Assembly: GCA_013265495.1 (NCBI GenBank)
Contig: MU058540.1
Location: 829,696-893,695 of the forward strand
Length of the DNA: 64,000 nucleotides
Direction: 5' to 3'
Origin: Vicugna vicugna
Taxonomy: Eukaryota
A model generated the notes under the pieces. That model saw only the letters and a program-made list of their open reading frames with translations. It was not told where the DNA came from and did not search any database. The translations under genes and the position numbers were made by a program. Shown piece after piece: positions 22,981-34,778 of the stretch; the first letter of the stretch is position 1; each line of letters begins with the position of its first letter.

Positions 22981-24819
22981 TTCCGAGGACAGCTTTGATG
23001 GCGTGGGGTGGTGGGGCTACCACAGGGGCTGAGATGTGGGGGGCAGCAGTGCCAGGGGCCTAGCCCAATTTGCCTTGGGGGCCAATGCCTTGGGCAGTTT
23101 TGGCCTCTCTCAAGCATGTTCTGTGTGCATCTCTGTCAAAGATGCACAACCCGGGGGTCAGGCCACAGCTTGAGCCCCCCTGAAGTACCTACCAAGGGAC
23201 CCTTCCTTGACATTACCCCCAAATCCATCAGCTGATTTCACTGAGCCAGGTGCCTTCCTCGCCCTGGAGGCCACCCTGGGGGACCATGAGGCGATGGGAA
23301 CCTCCTTTAGATCCCACCTCTTCGTGAGACGGGTCCAAGAACAAGCAATGACCAAGATTTCGGTGACAGACACAGAAGGCCCCTGGTTCTTGCCACACTG
23401 GCCTCACCCTCCTCAGGGTGGCCCTGCCTGGGGCCCCGGGACCTGGCTGCGTCCCCTCCAGGAGGAGAGAGTACAAAGCTTTCCCCCCACACCCACCCCA
23501 GCACACCAGCACCCCACCCCAAGTTCTGCACTTCTGTCTGGTGTTTCTGAGCGCCCTTGCGGGTTTCTTCAAACCCTGCTACCCTGCCAAGAAGGCAGAA
23601 GAGACAGAGCTGCCCCTGAGCCTGGGGCTGTGCCTCCCTCCTCAGACTGGAGTTTCCCTCCTATAAAGGAGGTCCTGACAGCCGGCTGGTGATGCCTGTG
23701 GGATTCTGTCTGAAGAGCTTGATCTGGCCTGGAAAGGCCCTGGGGATTGATGGGAGCTGCTAGGGGCTCTCCCAGACTCTGGCCTTGGGATGCAGCAGGC
23801 GGGGCTGAGGGTGGGACAGGAGGGCATTGCAATGGGAGACGAACTGGGCAGCTGCTGAAGGCCAGCGCCTCCGTCCCGCAGCCATGGGGCTGATGGTGCG
23901 GAGGGCAAAGCCCGCACCGCAGTTAGGGGAGCCCGTCCTCGCCCTGGGGAGGTGAACTCAAACATCTTCAGAGGAGGGCGTTGGAAGGCTGTGGGATAAG
24001 CAGGGACAGTCTGCTCCCGGTAGACTGCTTTGTGCCTGAGGGCTTCCAACAGTGCCTGACTAGCTCTGTGATGGAGGGAAAGGCACTTCACCTCTCTGAG
24101 CCTCACCCCACCTGAGGGAATGCATCACACGACTTGACATAATACCACAGTGGCTGGCACGTGGCAAAGACTGTGCTTGGGACTGAGGCCCTGGGGCCTC
24201 TATGTCCAATTCTTCGGCAGGAAGAGGCCCTCCCAGGAGTGATGACTGGAGTCAGTTGCTCTCCCTACTTCCACCCACCGGACTCCAAGAGCAGCCCTGG
24301 AGAAGCCCAACCCTGGGGCTACTCTGGCCTCTCCCAAAGGTCCCCAGAGGGTTTGATATCCTATTGCCCAAAGCACAGCCTTCCCTCCCTGTCCTCTTCC
24401 GCACCCTACTCCCAATTAAACTGGGATCACTTCCTAGTTAAACTGGAGCGTGACTGGATTAGAATCCTCGTCTCTGGGCCTGCCTCTGGGGGAGCCCAGA
24501 GTAGGAGCTTCGCACAACTGTGAGCGGGCGCTGTCCCCAAGACCAGCGGAAGAGGCTGGAACTGGGATGGCGGGAGGGGTCCTCCTGCAGCTGCTCCGAG
24601 GGCCTCGGGGCCAGGGCTTCCAAGAGACGCTTTGTTATCAGGCCCTGCACAGCCTCTGCTGCCTTTGGTGCTGTGACAGGAGCTGTCTTCTCTCATGTTC
24701 TTGGTCCACATGTCAACATCCTCTTATCAGCCTTTATGAAGGAGGCTGCTAGCAGCAACCGTGGGTGGCAGCAAAGTCATGCCCGGCTCTTGAGGAGGTG
24801 GGGTCAGAAAACTGGAAGG

Positions 24820-25210
24820 TTTTAACGTGCATTAGGTGCTTACTGTGTGATGTCTTGTTTACTCTCCCAACAATCCTGCAGGAAGGGCTGCCATGCTCAG
24901 TCGGGAAGACTGTTCACTAAACAAGGGCACCTCGCCATGAGGGCAGCCTGTGTTCTTCCCACCAAGAAGCAAACCTGGCATACACCTGTGTCCCTTGGAG
25001 GGAAGAGGGAGGCTTTTCTTAATTTATGTAAGGGCACAGTATGGGCCATCCACGGCTTATGAGGTCAGGCTTATTATAATCTCTATTTTATCATTTGGAA
25101 AGTGAGACACAGAGAGCTTATGAAATTTGCCCAAGATTTGCCCAAGATTCAGAGCCGAACTCCAAATCCCAGAATTCTGGCCTCAGAGCCTCCACTCCTT
25201 ACTCTACTGT
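24820..25210 (-). mobile_element. MIR SINE interrupted by a MER91-like (hAT-Tip100) element (~24884-25060)
   Basis: MIR: gaaagtgagacacagagag..ttgcccaag; insert gggctgccatg..aagggcacagtatgggcc. Confidence 0.55.
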
Positions 25211-25419
25211 CTCATAAGCCTCGACAGGGCTGAGTCAGTTATAAGAGCTGGAAATCTGCAGAGGGCTGACTGCTAGGGGCCAGTCAGTCCTGAGACTCAG
25301 GGATCTCCCCTCGGCTGACCAGGAGTCTGGGAGCCTGCGCTGAGCTGCCTGCCCCAGGGGGATGTGGCTGTAGCTGGAAGCACAGAGACTGCGATTCTGT
25401 GGATCTGTGATCCTGAAGC

Positions 25420-25575
25420 AGAGCCTTAGTTTCCCCACCTGTAAAATGGAGTTCACAGGCCCCCCTCTGCCTGCTTCACTAGTCAGGATTAAACCATCTG
25501 TTTGAAGGATTTTAAAGGGAAGGAGGTATTCTCCAGTGCCTAAAATCACACCTACAATTGCCTCAGTTAAAACAT
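25420..25575 (+). mobile_element. MIR SINE
   Basis: gagccttagtttccccacctgtaaaatgga..gtcaggattaaa. Confidence 0.75.
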
Positions 25576-26509
25576 GTTTGTCGTCTGCTTCACACCACCA
25601 TCATTTTCCAGGTCTGTCTAAAGATCCCCCAGATTTACTGCCCGGGAGAGCCCGTCCTGCACGGGCTGCCTGCCTGCCTGCCTTTTGCGGACACGGAACA
25701 GCAGAGCCCAAATGCCAGGGCGCTCCTGGCTAATGACTCAGCCTCCGTAACGAGTCCAAACATCTGGCTGACAAAGGGCACGGCTCATCCGGAAGCAGCT
25801 CCTTCTGCACAAACACGTTCTTAATATTCAATTAGTATTTATCCAGCACGAACAACAATTACGCCATTGACTCGCAATGAAGTGCCCGCTTAATTAATTA
25901 ACACAGTCTTTAACACGCTGGCAGTATTTCTCTGTGAGCGCGATAGTTAAAATAATAGCACGGTGATGCCGGGATGAGCCAGGGGCTGGCGGGGGTGCCC
26001 TGGGTTTCCCGGGCTCCAGATGTGAGTATGGAGCTAAGCTTGTGCCACACAAGCCATCTTCTGTGGTTGGAACAAAAATCTACACTGGGATTCTGAGTAA
26101 GCCTCTTAACCCCTCCCGCCTGCTTCCTCCTCAGTAGGGGGTGGGCCAGATGATGCCAAGGTTTCTTGGAGCCCTCAATGCGCAAGTTCAGTAAGTGACA
26201 TTCAGATCTGTGTTGACTCCCTGGTCCCAACTGTTGCACCCTCCTGGGCTCCACACCACCCTCTCTCTGTAGCCCACGCACCCTACATCTCTCTTCCCCA
26301 ACCAGCCTCCCTGTCCGCTCACCAATTATTCCTGCACCCTCTTCTCAGACTCCACGTTTTCCTCCTGCTCCTCCCTGTGGGTGTAACCCAGAGCTCAGAT
26401 CCGACTTCCGGTTCTGATTCTGACCTCTGCCTTCTCCCAGACACCCACTCTAACGCACTCAGCTGCCAGCCCCCACGTCCCGACTGCCCCTCTCTTTGCT
26501 TCCACCTTC

Positions 26510-27150
26510 ATCAGAGCCTGGGTTCAACCCCACTCTGCGTACTAGCTATGTGACCCTGGCCTGGCACCCTTATGCTCCATGCCTCAGTTTCCCCACGTCT
26601 AGAATGGTGATCATCACGTGGGGCATAATCATTGCCTCACTGCCTTAGTCTAGATGGGCTGAACCTGCCCTAACAGACCCAAACACAATGGCTCCAACTC
26701 AATAGCAGCTTATTTCTCACTCGCCAACAGGTGAGGTGAGTCCCTGTTGTGCGGTGGCTCCAAGGGCCCAGGCTCTTTCCCTCTTGTTGCTCCCCCTGCC
26801 CCGGGGGGCTCTGCCATTGTCTTGATGGTCCCAGCTGGGTCCCACTGGCAAAGGGGAAGCAGTATGGTGGGAACACGGCTGCTCCCCTGAGAGCCCTGGC
26901 TGGAAGCACACATCACATCTTTCAGTTCACATCAGTGAGATGGGGTTACATGGACACGTGGCTGCAAGGGAGGCCAGGAGATGTGGTCAAGATAGGTGCC
27001 CAGAGAGGAAACAGGGGACGATGATGGACAGGAGCAGTCTCCGCCACATGCCCTCAGAGGGGTGTCAGGAAGATCAAATGAGTTAATAGATGTAAAAGCC
27101 TTAGCACTTGGCACATGGTAAATATCCCTATAAGTGATTGCTATAATTAC
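26510..27150 (+). mobile_element. MIR SINE split by an MLT1 LTR (26510-26640 and 27049-27150)
   Basis: cctgggttcaa..ctagctatgtgacc..gcctcagtttcccca; resumes gatcaaatgagttaata..aaagccttagcac..ggcacatggtaa. Confidence 0.8.
26641..27048 (-). mobile_element. MLT1J-like solo LTR
   Basis: ttatttctcactc, cccaggctctttccctcttgttgctcc, tgcaagggaggccaggagatgtggtc, ends gtctccgccaca. Confidence 0.75.
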
Positions 27151-28109
27151 TATGTGTGTCCACACTAGTTCAGTGAATATGACAACTAATTAGACACATT
27201 CCCCATGTGGGAGGACCCCACAAAGGAGGGTGGTAGAGAGAGACATAGCACCCACCTACCATCATTCAGAAGGTGCCACACCTGTGGTGCATTTCAGATG
27301 CTGTTGGACAGGCTGGAGGAACAGGAGAGGGCATGGGGCTGAGTCTCAAGGAATGGTGGTCATTGATCAGGTGGAGAGGGGACTCCAGGTCCTGGCTTCG
27401 CAGGGGCATGGTAAGGATGCCATGCGGTTACCTCCAGACCCCTGGGTAGAGGTGGTCACATCATGAGGACAGAGAGTCAGACTTTCTCTGGGGAGCAATG
27501 GGAGCCTCTGGAGGGGCTAGGCTAGCACAGTGAAGTGACATTATCATGTCAAAATGTTCCTCAGGTGAGGAAGGTGGACCTCGGGTGCAAAAGGGAGGGT
27601 GGATCGGAACAGAGCAGTGGAATGGCCCTCAGCATCCTACCTAAATCCAGTCAGGCATGTCGACCAAGTACGACAGGATCTGGCAAGCTCACACTATATT
27701 TCCTGACTCCCTTGCAGCTGAGTTTTAGAATATGAATTAGGTTCTGCCAGACAGCAGCAGTCACCCATGGTCTGGAAAACATGGTGACATATGTCTTGTC
27801 TGTCTTCCCTGGCAAGCAGGGAGAGGAGACACTGAGTAGTTCTGCAGCACTGCTGCAGCGTCCAGTCTCCAGCTTCCTGGAGAGACCACTGCATGGAGAC
27901 AGTGGTGTCCTCATCCTGGCTTCCTGACCCCAGGTCCCTGCCCCAGGATTCAGGATGTGTTCTTAAACTAACGGCTCTAATGGTGGCCTTGGGTTCCCCC
28001 CACTTCATGATGGAGCAGAGGTAGCAGCTCCCTGGCAGGCCAGTTCTGTGGTGTGGTGTGGGCATTATTCTTGCAGGCCCTGCTAAGGACTGGATCAACA
28101 CCTGGATGG

Positions 28110-28650
28110 CTTGAAATATAGAGACCATCTTGGAGGCTTCAGGAGTGATCTAGGCAATAGATGGATAAAGATTTGAACCAGGGCAGTGGCTGCAAGCTGC
28201 GGATCTGAGAATAGATTTGAAAGACAATTCTGAGGAGTCCACTAGGCTCATCAATCTATTTGGGTGTAGATGGAGAAGGAATTAGAAAATGACCCCAAAT
28301 CTCCTGGCTTGTGTGGCTGGTAGAAGAAACAAGCCACTGGTGAAGACAGGAAAGAAGGGGAAGAGTAGGAACAAGGAGAGAGGGGATGATTCCAAGTTGG
28401 TCCATTGGTCTGAGGACTTGGAGGATATCCATGTGGAGGCATCCATAGGCAGGTGAAGACTGGGGTCTGGTGCACAGGAGGAAGACTGGGAGATGCTAGC
28501 CCAGAGGTGGGAATTCCAGCCATGGGGAAAGTGGATTAGAGGATGTGGACTGAGAGGAGAAGAGGGTCCCAGAGTGAACTCTGGGGAACTCTGATATTTA
28601 AGAGTGGATGGATGAAAAGCAATGCAAGGAGATGTCTGAGAAGCAGGAGG
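28110..28650 (-). mobile_element. L2 fragment
   Basis: ttgaaccagggcagtggc, aatgaccccaaat.tcctggcttg, ggatatccatgtggagg, actctgatatttaagag. Confidence 0.75.
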
Positions 28651-29469
28651 CTACAGGGGCAGCAGCATCCCTCATAGTTACAGCAGCAGTGTCATGGAGA
28701 GCCACCACAGGGTTAGATGGGGCAAGATAGTGTCATATGTTCCTGGGGATCACGTGCACTGGGACAGACCTTCCCATCCTATTAGAAGGCTGCTAGCAGC
28801 CCACAGCGTCCTTCTGGCACACACAGCAGAAATGGAACTTTATCCCGCTTGCCTTAAGGGCTCCCTTAAATATTGAGCTCCTTGGTGGAATTCCTGAGAT
28901 CACTGTTGGTACAAAGTGGGTTGGTACACATTGTGAGGGATTGAGGAGTCAAGGAAGTGTAGATGGAGAGCTCTTTCCAGATGTCTGGAGGGGAAGAAGT
29001 GGGAAGAGGTGGGAACAGGAAGCACAACTGTAGACCAGGACAAGGGGAGACTGGAGAGGCACCGCGGCTCCTTCCCCTCCATTCCTGCTGCTCAGACTGC
29101 GGACTACCACGCCCAGTTCCCTCTCCAAGGCGTCCTCCAGCAAGTCAAACCCACCACACCTCACCCTCCTGTACTCAGAATCACTCATGGGCTCCCCATT
29201 GCCCAAAGCAAAGTCCCAGACTCCCTGTGCTCCCAGGCAGAGCCCTCCCCAATCTTCCACAGCCTCCCTTCCCAACCATTTGCTCTGCTCTTTCCTCACT
29301 GAAAAATCTTCTGCTACAGCCAACCACTCTGATTTAATTTCCCCCAGATAGGCCATAGTCGTTCATGCCTGGGAAGAAGCCATTTTTGACTCTGTTAAAT
29401 ACTTGTTTGAGTTCCCCTGATGGTTTCAAAAATGTTGGAAACAACAGGGTTTGACGCTTGAGAAGCCGA

Positions 29470-29928
29470 ACTATGACAGACACCCACCCAACAGACATGG
29501 CCCTCGTCTTCCCAGGGAGGGGCTCAGGGAGGGAAGGCTCCTTCTCCAGGGCCACCCACAATTGCCAAAGCCAATCATGGCAAGTCCATTGCTGCCTTTT
29601 GCCAGTGATTTGTTTAAATGTGGATGTGTGACCCAATTTTGGCCAATAAGTCATAGCAAGAAGTTTTCAGAAACTGGAAAAGATTTTACTCCCTGATGAA
29701 AAAAAAAAAGAGCCATATGCTAGGAGAAGAGCCTTCCTTTCCTGCTTTTGGATACTATGGTGTGAGTATATGATGTGGCAGCCACCTTGTGACCATGAGG
29801 GGAAATCTGGCTGACATCCTTGAGAATAGCTGAGTAGAATAATGAGCAGAAATGAGGTCCAGGATAATGTATTGAGCCACTGTACCTACTCTGTATCTAC
29901 CCAACTTCCAGACATTTTGTTCAGTGAG
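29470..29928 (+). mobile_element. MLT1K-like LTR
   Basis: aagccaatcatgg..tgccagtgatt..gtgacccaattttggccaat, gcagccaccttgtgaccatgagg. Confidence 0.8.
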
Positions 29929-29976
29929 TTTGTGACCTTAAGCAAGCTATTTCAGCCTCCTCGTTTGCAATAATAA

Positions 29977-30011
<35 letters not shown>

Positions 30012-30135
30012 CTATCTCATAGGATTGTTATAAGGATCAAAGTGAGTCATTATTTTTTTTTAACATTTTTTATTGAGTCATTATTTTTAAACCTCTTAAA
30101 AATATGCCTGCACATATGCCTGGAAATACTTGTGT
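29929..30135 (+). mobile_element. MIR remnant containing (AAT)n microsatellite (~29969-30010)
   Basis: tgtgaccttaagcaag.., acctatctcataggattgttataaggatcaaa. Confidence 0.75.
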
Positions 30136-31019
30136 TAAAAAAGTAGAAATAATAAAAACTCCTATTGGCTTAGCCCCATTGAGCTGGCTTTTCTGACACT
30201 CGGATGGTGAGGGGTGAGCTTCTTTGGGAGAAGGCAGGGGCTAAAAAGCTGGCATGGAGGAGCCCATATCTGGGCTGGGGTGAATGTAATAACTTGGAAG
30301 GATCTGGAGCCTCTGGGAAGATGGTGCCATGCTGCCTCTGGCACGCCAGCTGGGTGGTGGGGAAGTCTGCATGGTCTGGTTAACAGGGGACACCCACCCA
30401 TCTTCAGTACAGCCTCAGCTCAAACTCTGCTGCCGAGGAGACTTGAGCATGAACTGGCTGTCGAGAAGGGTGTCCTTTCAGGTACCTGGGGCGGCATGAG
30501 ACCAGGCTCTGTGCGTCTCATTCATTCTCCTCTAGGAGCCGTCTAAGACCCGTTTTGTTAACCAGACATGCTCTTCCCTATCTCTGCTGTGAAGTTCCAT
30601 ACCTTTCTCCTCAGTAAAAACTGCAGTGTTGATCGTGCCTGAGGGTCCTGTGAGCATTTCTGTTTCTTGAGGCCAGCTGTCTGGGGGCCAAGTAGAACCC
30701 CTGAGCTCCTGGACTTTGATTCTTGTGCTGGATCCTGTGAGCCAAATCTCTCCCCGTCCCTAGGCCAACTTCACGAGTGTGTGCTCGGCACAGTCATACA
30801 GAGCCCCACACTTGGTTTATTGCTCTGCTGTGGCCTCACTGGGCCCCGAGAATCATGTGGCCAGCCCTGCTCTTCACCAAGGCTGCCTGGTCGGGGTTTC
30901 CTGTTCTTGCCACTGCAGAACCAAACACAGGTACATCCCTCCCCTGGCTGAGCAGATGCGGCCCTCAGATGTGAACACCTGCACACCTCCCCCTGCTCAC
31001 TGCCCTGCAGGCTACTAAG

Positions 31020-31490
31020 CACCTCTTTCCACTGCCACCTCCTGGGTTCAGATTCCCGTCTTGGCCTGGATGACTGACTGTAATAGCTCCTAACCCTCTC
31101 CCTCCTCTGCAGGGCAGCCACCAAGATCTTTCTAAATCACAAATCTGATCATGACCCTCACCTGCTTATAACACTTCAGGGGCTCCCTGCAGCTTAAGTT
31201 ATAAATTCCAAGCTTCTGTGGCCCAAAGCACAAAGCAGTTCTTGATCCAGCCCCTGCCTATGGGTATAAAACTCATACCAAGTCATGCCTTCTCTGCCCC
31301 CCTATTTCCTACCTACCACCATTTCTTTTAATTCCCAGAAAGAGCCTGTTTCATGCTCTGTGTTTCTATGCACATTACTTCAGCTAGTAGAAAGCTCTCT
31401 CCCCATTCTTGATCCAGTTAACTCTGTCACCTTCAGAACTCAGATGCCACCTCCTCCAGGAAGCCTCCCCACATGCCCACAGCCCTAAGG
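31020..31490 (+). mobile_element. L2 fragment
   Basis: gatctttctaaatcacaaatctgatcatgac..ctgcttataacacttc; cctcctccaggaagcctccc. Confidence 0.8.
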
Positions 31491-31614
31491 GCCTCTCTCA
31501 GAGCATGGCTCTGATTGTCCACTTGTCTATCTCCTGGTCTTCTCAGCATCCAGTACAGGGGTGAGCTGACCCTGGGGACAAAGTCACTTCCCCCATCTGG
31601 GCCTCAGCCTTCTG

Positions 31615-32060
31615 GCTCATTCGCTCAGCAGCATGTGTTGGGTACTTCCTCTGTGGCGGGTGCTGAGCAGGCACCTGCCATTCAGCTGGGACCCAACCAG
31701 ACACAGACCCCGGCCTCAGGGAGTGAGATGGGCAGGAGGGGCTGACAAGCATGTGAACTAGTAAGTACAAGTGATCGTGTCCAATATGGAGAAATGCTAC
31801 AAAATAGGTCGAGGGGGAGACAGAGATGCCACTGCTGCCTTGGATGGGGTCCTCAGGAGGGCCTCTCTGATAAGGGGACAATTGAGCAGAGGCCAGAAAG
31901 TTTTAAATAGAAAGAACAGGGAGGGCAAATGCAGGAATGCTTAGCAGGGCCCAGGGACAGTGAGTGAGGCCACAACGGGGTGAGTGAGGGGGCGAGTGGA
32001 AGGAGGTCACGTCAGGGAGGAACGAGGGTCAGACCTTGGGGGCCCATACAGACTGCAGTA
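31615..32060 (-). mobile_element. L2 3' region
   Basis: tcattcgctcagcagcatgtgttgggtacttcctctgtg.., caggagggcctctctgataagggga. Confidence 0.7.
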
Positions 32061-32269
32061 GAAGCCCCGCCCAGCCTTGTCAGGCCCAAAGCCACCTACT
32101 CTGGCCTCTCCTACACCTACAATGAACAGGTCCATCCTTCCATGCCCTCTGCCCTCTGCCCTTTCATCTTTCCACCACCTCCTTCCTCCTACCCCCAGAT
32201 CAGAGAAGCCAATAGAGGGGAACTCCCCAGGGACCCCTCACTCCCTTCCTGCTCTCTACTCACCCCATC

Positions 32270-32772
32270 CCTGTACTAATGATTTGAGTGTCCCCCTCCA
32301 CATCTCCTCCACCCTCCTGGGATTTCAGCTGCAGCTGTGCTCACAGTTCTCCAAACTGAAGCATCCCACCTGGGGGCCCATCCACCCTCTGTGCTGGGGG
32401 TGGGGCGGGTGAGACTCCTGCAGCCTGCAGCCCAGCAGACCGAAGGGCTGGGGGTCAATATCCCAGGGGCAACCTCGTCATGGAAGATGGGAGTAGGCGG
32501 ATAAGTGTCCTTCTGACGGACAGTGCTGAGCTGCACTGTGCGGGCTCCTCAGAGGGTTGCTGCAGGACTCACCTCCAGTGTGGCTCAGTACTGGCTCAAT
32601 GATACTGGCCCCAAGTGAGCTTGTCCTCTTTCCTTCTCTCATTCCCTCTACTTCCTCATTAGTATTTCCTAAGATTGCCTCCCAAATAAACTCGTCTCCA
32701 AGTTAAACTTGGAGTTTAACTTGCATCGAGTCTTGTCTCAGGTTCTGCTTTCAGGGAACCCAAATTAAGCCA
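32270..32772 (+). mobile_element. LTR16-like ERVL LTR (5' boundary uncertain)
   Basis: cctcccaaataaact..tcttgtctcaggttctgctttcagggaacccaaattaag. Confidence 0.7.
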
Positions 32773-32899
32773 GTCCTGTTGTTATTCAGTGGGGGAGGGG
32801 CCCCTCCTCCCCATCAGGGTCACATGTGTTCCCCCAGCCCCCAAGTGTACATTTCTCTCACCTTTCAGTGAATCCTCCACGGTCCAGCCACTGCTCTTT

Positions 32900-33935
32900 C
32901 CAGCATGTTCACATATTCCCTCTCTTCTGGACCATTTACACTTAAACAGGCTCAAAAGTCTCCCAGCAGAAGGAAAAATTAATCATCCTTCAATCCCACT
33001 TCCCTTCTGGACTCCAGGACTTATCTCACTCAACCTCTTCGGTGTATTTGGCAGCACTGCCCACTCCCTACACCTTGAGACTCACTCTCTGCTGGTTTCC
33101 CTCCTCCCTCTCCTAATGCCTCTTCCTGGACTCCCCAGCCAGGTCCTCCTCCTCCCCATGCAGGGGCTCCTCAGGCAGGGCCCTGGGTCTTATCCCCACA
33201 TGATGTGCTCTCTTTCTGGGGGTCTTCCAGAACCCCCAGACATCTGCACTTGTGTATGTCCAACCCAGACCTCTCCCCCAAGCAAAAACACCCAGATATC
33301 CAACCATCTGCCCTTCACCTCCACTTGGATATGTCAAAGATACACCAAATCAGGGCATCCAAACATCCCACCACAGTCTCACCCCACTCCTCCTCCTGGG
33401 TTCCCCATCCCAGGGAGGGTACCAGTCTCTATCCAATGAGGGCACAGGTCACAAACCACCATGGGGTCATCCTTGACTCCTTTCTCCTTAACCACCATGT
33501 CCAATCTATCACAAGTCCTCTGGATTTTTCCTCTTAAATCTTTTTGGAATCAGTCTACTTGTACCTATCGCATCACCACCAAGCAAGTCCTGGGCACTCG
33601 AAATAGTATTGTAACTAGAATTCCTGGATCAAATACAAAATGCCCAATTAAATTTGAATTTCAGATAAACAATGATTTTTTAAAATTTAAGTATATCCCA
33701 AATATTGTATGAGACATACTTTTACTAAACAATTATTCATTGTTTTTATTTGAAATTCAAGTGTAATTCGACATCCTGTATTTTTTAGTGTCCTTTTCTA
33801 GTTAAAATTTCATGAAATCCTTAAACTATTTCAAGGATTATCTTGCATTTTTATTTGCAAAAACTGGCCATCCTATTCCTAACTGATTTCCCTGCATCCC
33901 TACACTGTGGCCTGATGACCTTGCTCAAAACAAAT
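32900..33935 (+). mobile_element. L2 fragment (resumes at ~36505-36740 after L1 insertion)
   Basis: cacctccacttggatatgtc, gtcatccttgactcc, ccatgtccaatctatcacaagtcc; continuation tgtcattctcctactgaaaatctttcctggcttccca. Confidence 0.75.
33616..33875. mobile_element. MER53 palindromic hAT MITE with a short internal insertion
   Basis: aatacaaaatgcccaattaaatttgaatttcagataaacaatga and its degenerate inverse; ends ctggccatccta. Confidence 0.85.
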
Positions 33936-34004
33936 TTTGCTAAGTAGACTGTGAAGTTATGTATATTGTAATCACCAAATTCACTGTTTTAAAAAAGTAT
34001 ACAT

Positions 34005-34310
34005 AATGAACAGCGTGGTGATTATAGCTCAAAATATTGTATATTTGAAAGCTGCTAAGAAAGTAGATCTTAAAAGTTCTCATCACAAGAAAAAAAATGT
34101 GTAACTGTGTAGAAATGGATGATAACTAGACTTACTGTAGGTGATCATTTTGCAATATATGCAAATATCAAATAAGTATGTTGTAGACCTGAAACTAATA
34201 TGATGTTGTATGTCAATTATATCTCAGGTTTTAAAAATAATAAATAGAAAAACATCTTCTTTTTCAGAAAATAAATAAATAAATAAAATAAAAATAAATA
34301 TTAAAAAATT
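34005..34310 (+). mobile_element. L1MA-type 3' end with A-rich tail
   Basis: tgctaagaaagtagatcttaaaagttctcatcacaag..tgtatgtcaattatatctca plus (AAAT)n-like tail. Confidence 0.88.
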
Positions 34311-34599
34311 TAAAGTACAGAAAATTCAGTTACTGGCATCAACTTAAATCAGTTAATATTATATGGAAAGCCTGCTGTGTACCAAGCATGCCAAGAAAAT
34401 GAAATGTTTCATTTAACCAAATATTCTGATTAGCCAAGTTATCCTTTGGAATACACATCACACTTGGCATCACTATTTGCAAGGATTATAATATCACAAT
34501 GTAAGCAGCACTAAGACTGAATTCAGCATTTTGAAACCTTATAATGCTTTAGAGTCTCCACCACAAAACATCTTAGGGGCACATAAACATTAACCTAGG

Positions 34600-34778
34600 A
34601 TCTGGGAAACACACAGGGCTGAGTGCCAGGGACACGGATGTTAGTCCAGTCTCACGCGTACCGTGTTGTCAGATTGGGGCAAATCACTTCACTTCTCCCT
34701 GCCGCAGTTTCCTCGTCTATAAAATGAGGAGCTAGACTAAATGATCTGTCTCCAAGGGCTCTTTGGCTCTGATTCAAT
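34600..34778 (+). mobile_element. MIR3-like SINE
   Basis: ggcaaatcacttcacttctc..cagtttcctcgtctataaaatgaggagctagactaaatgatct. Confidence 0.8.

Noticed and set aside
25125..25150. Tandem atttgcccaag duplication
   Set aside because: Simple slippage inside a MIR
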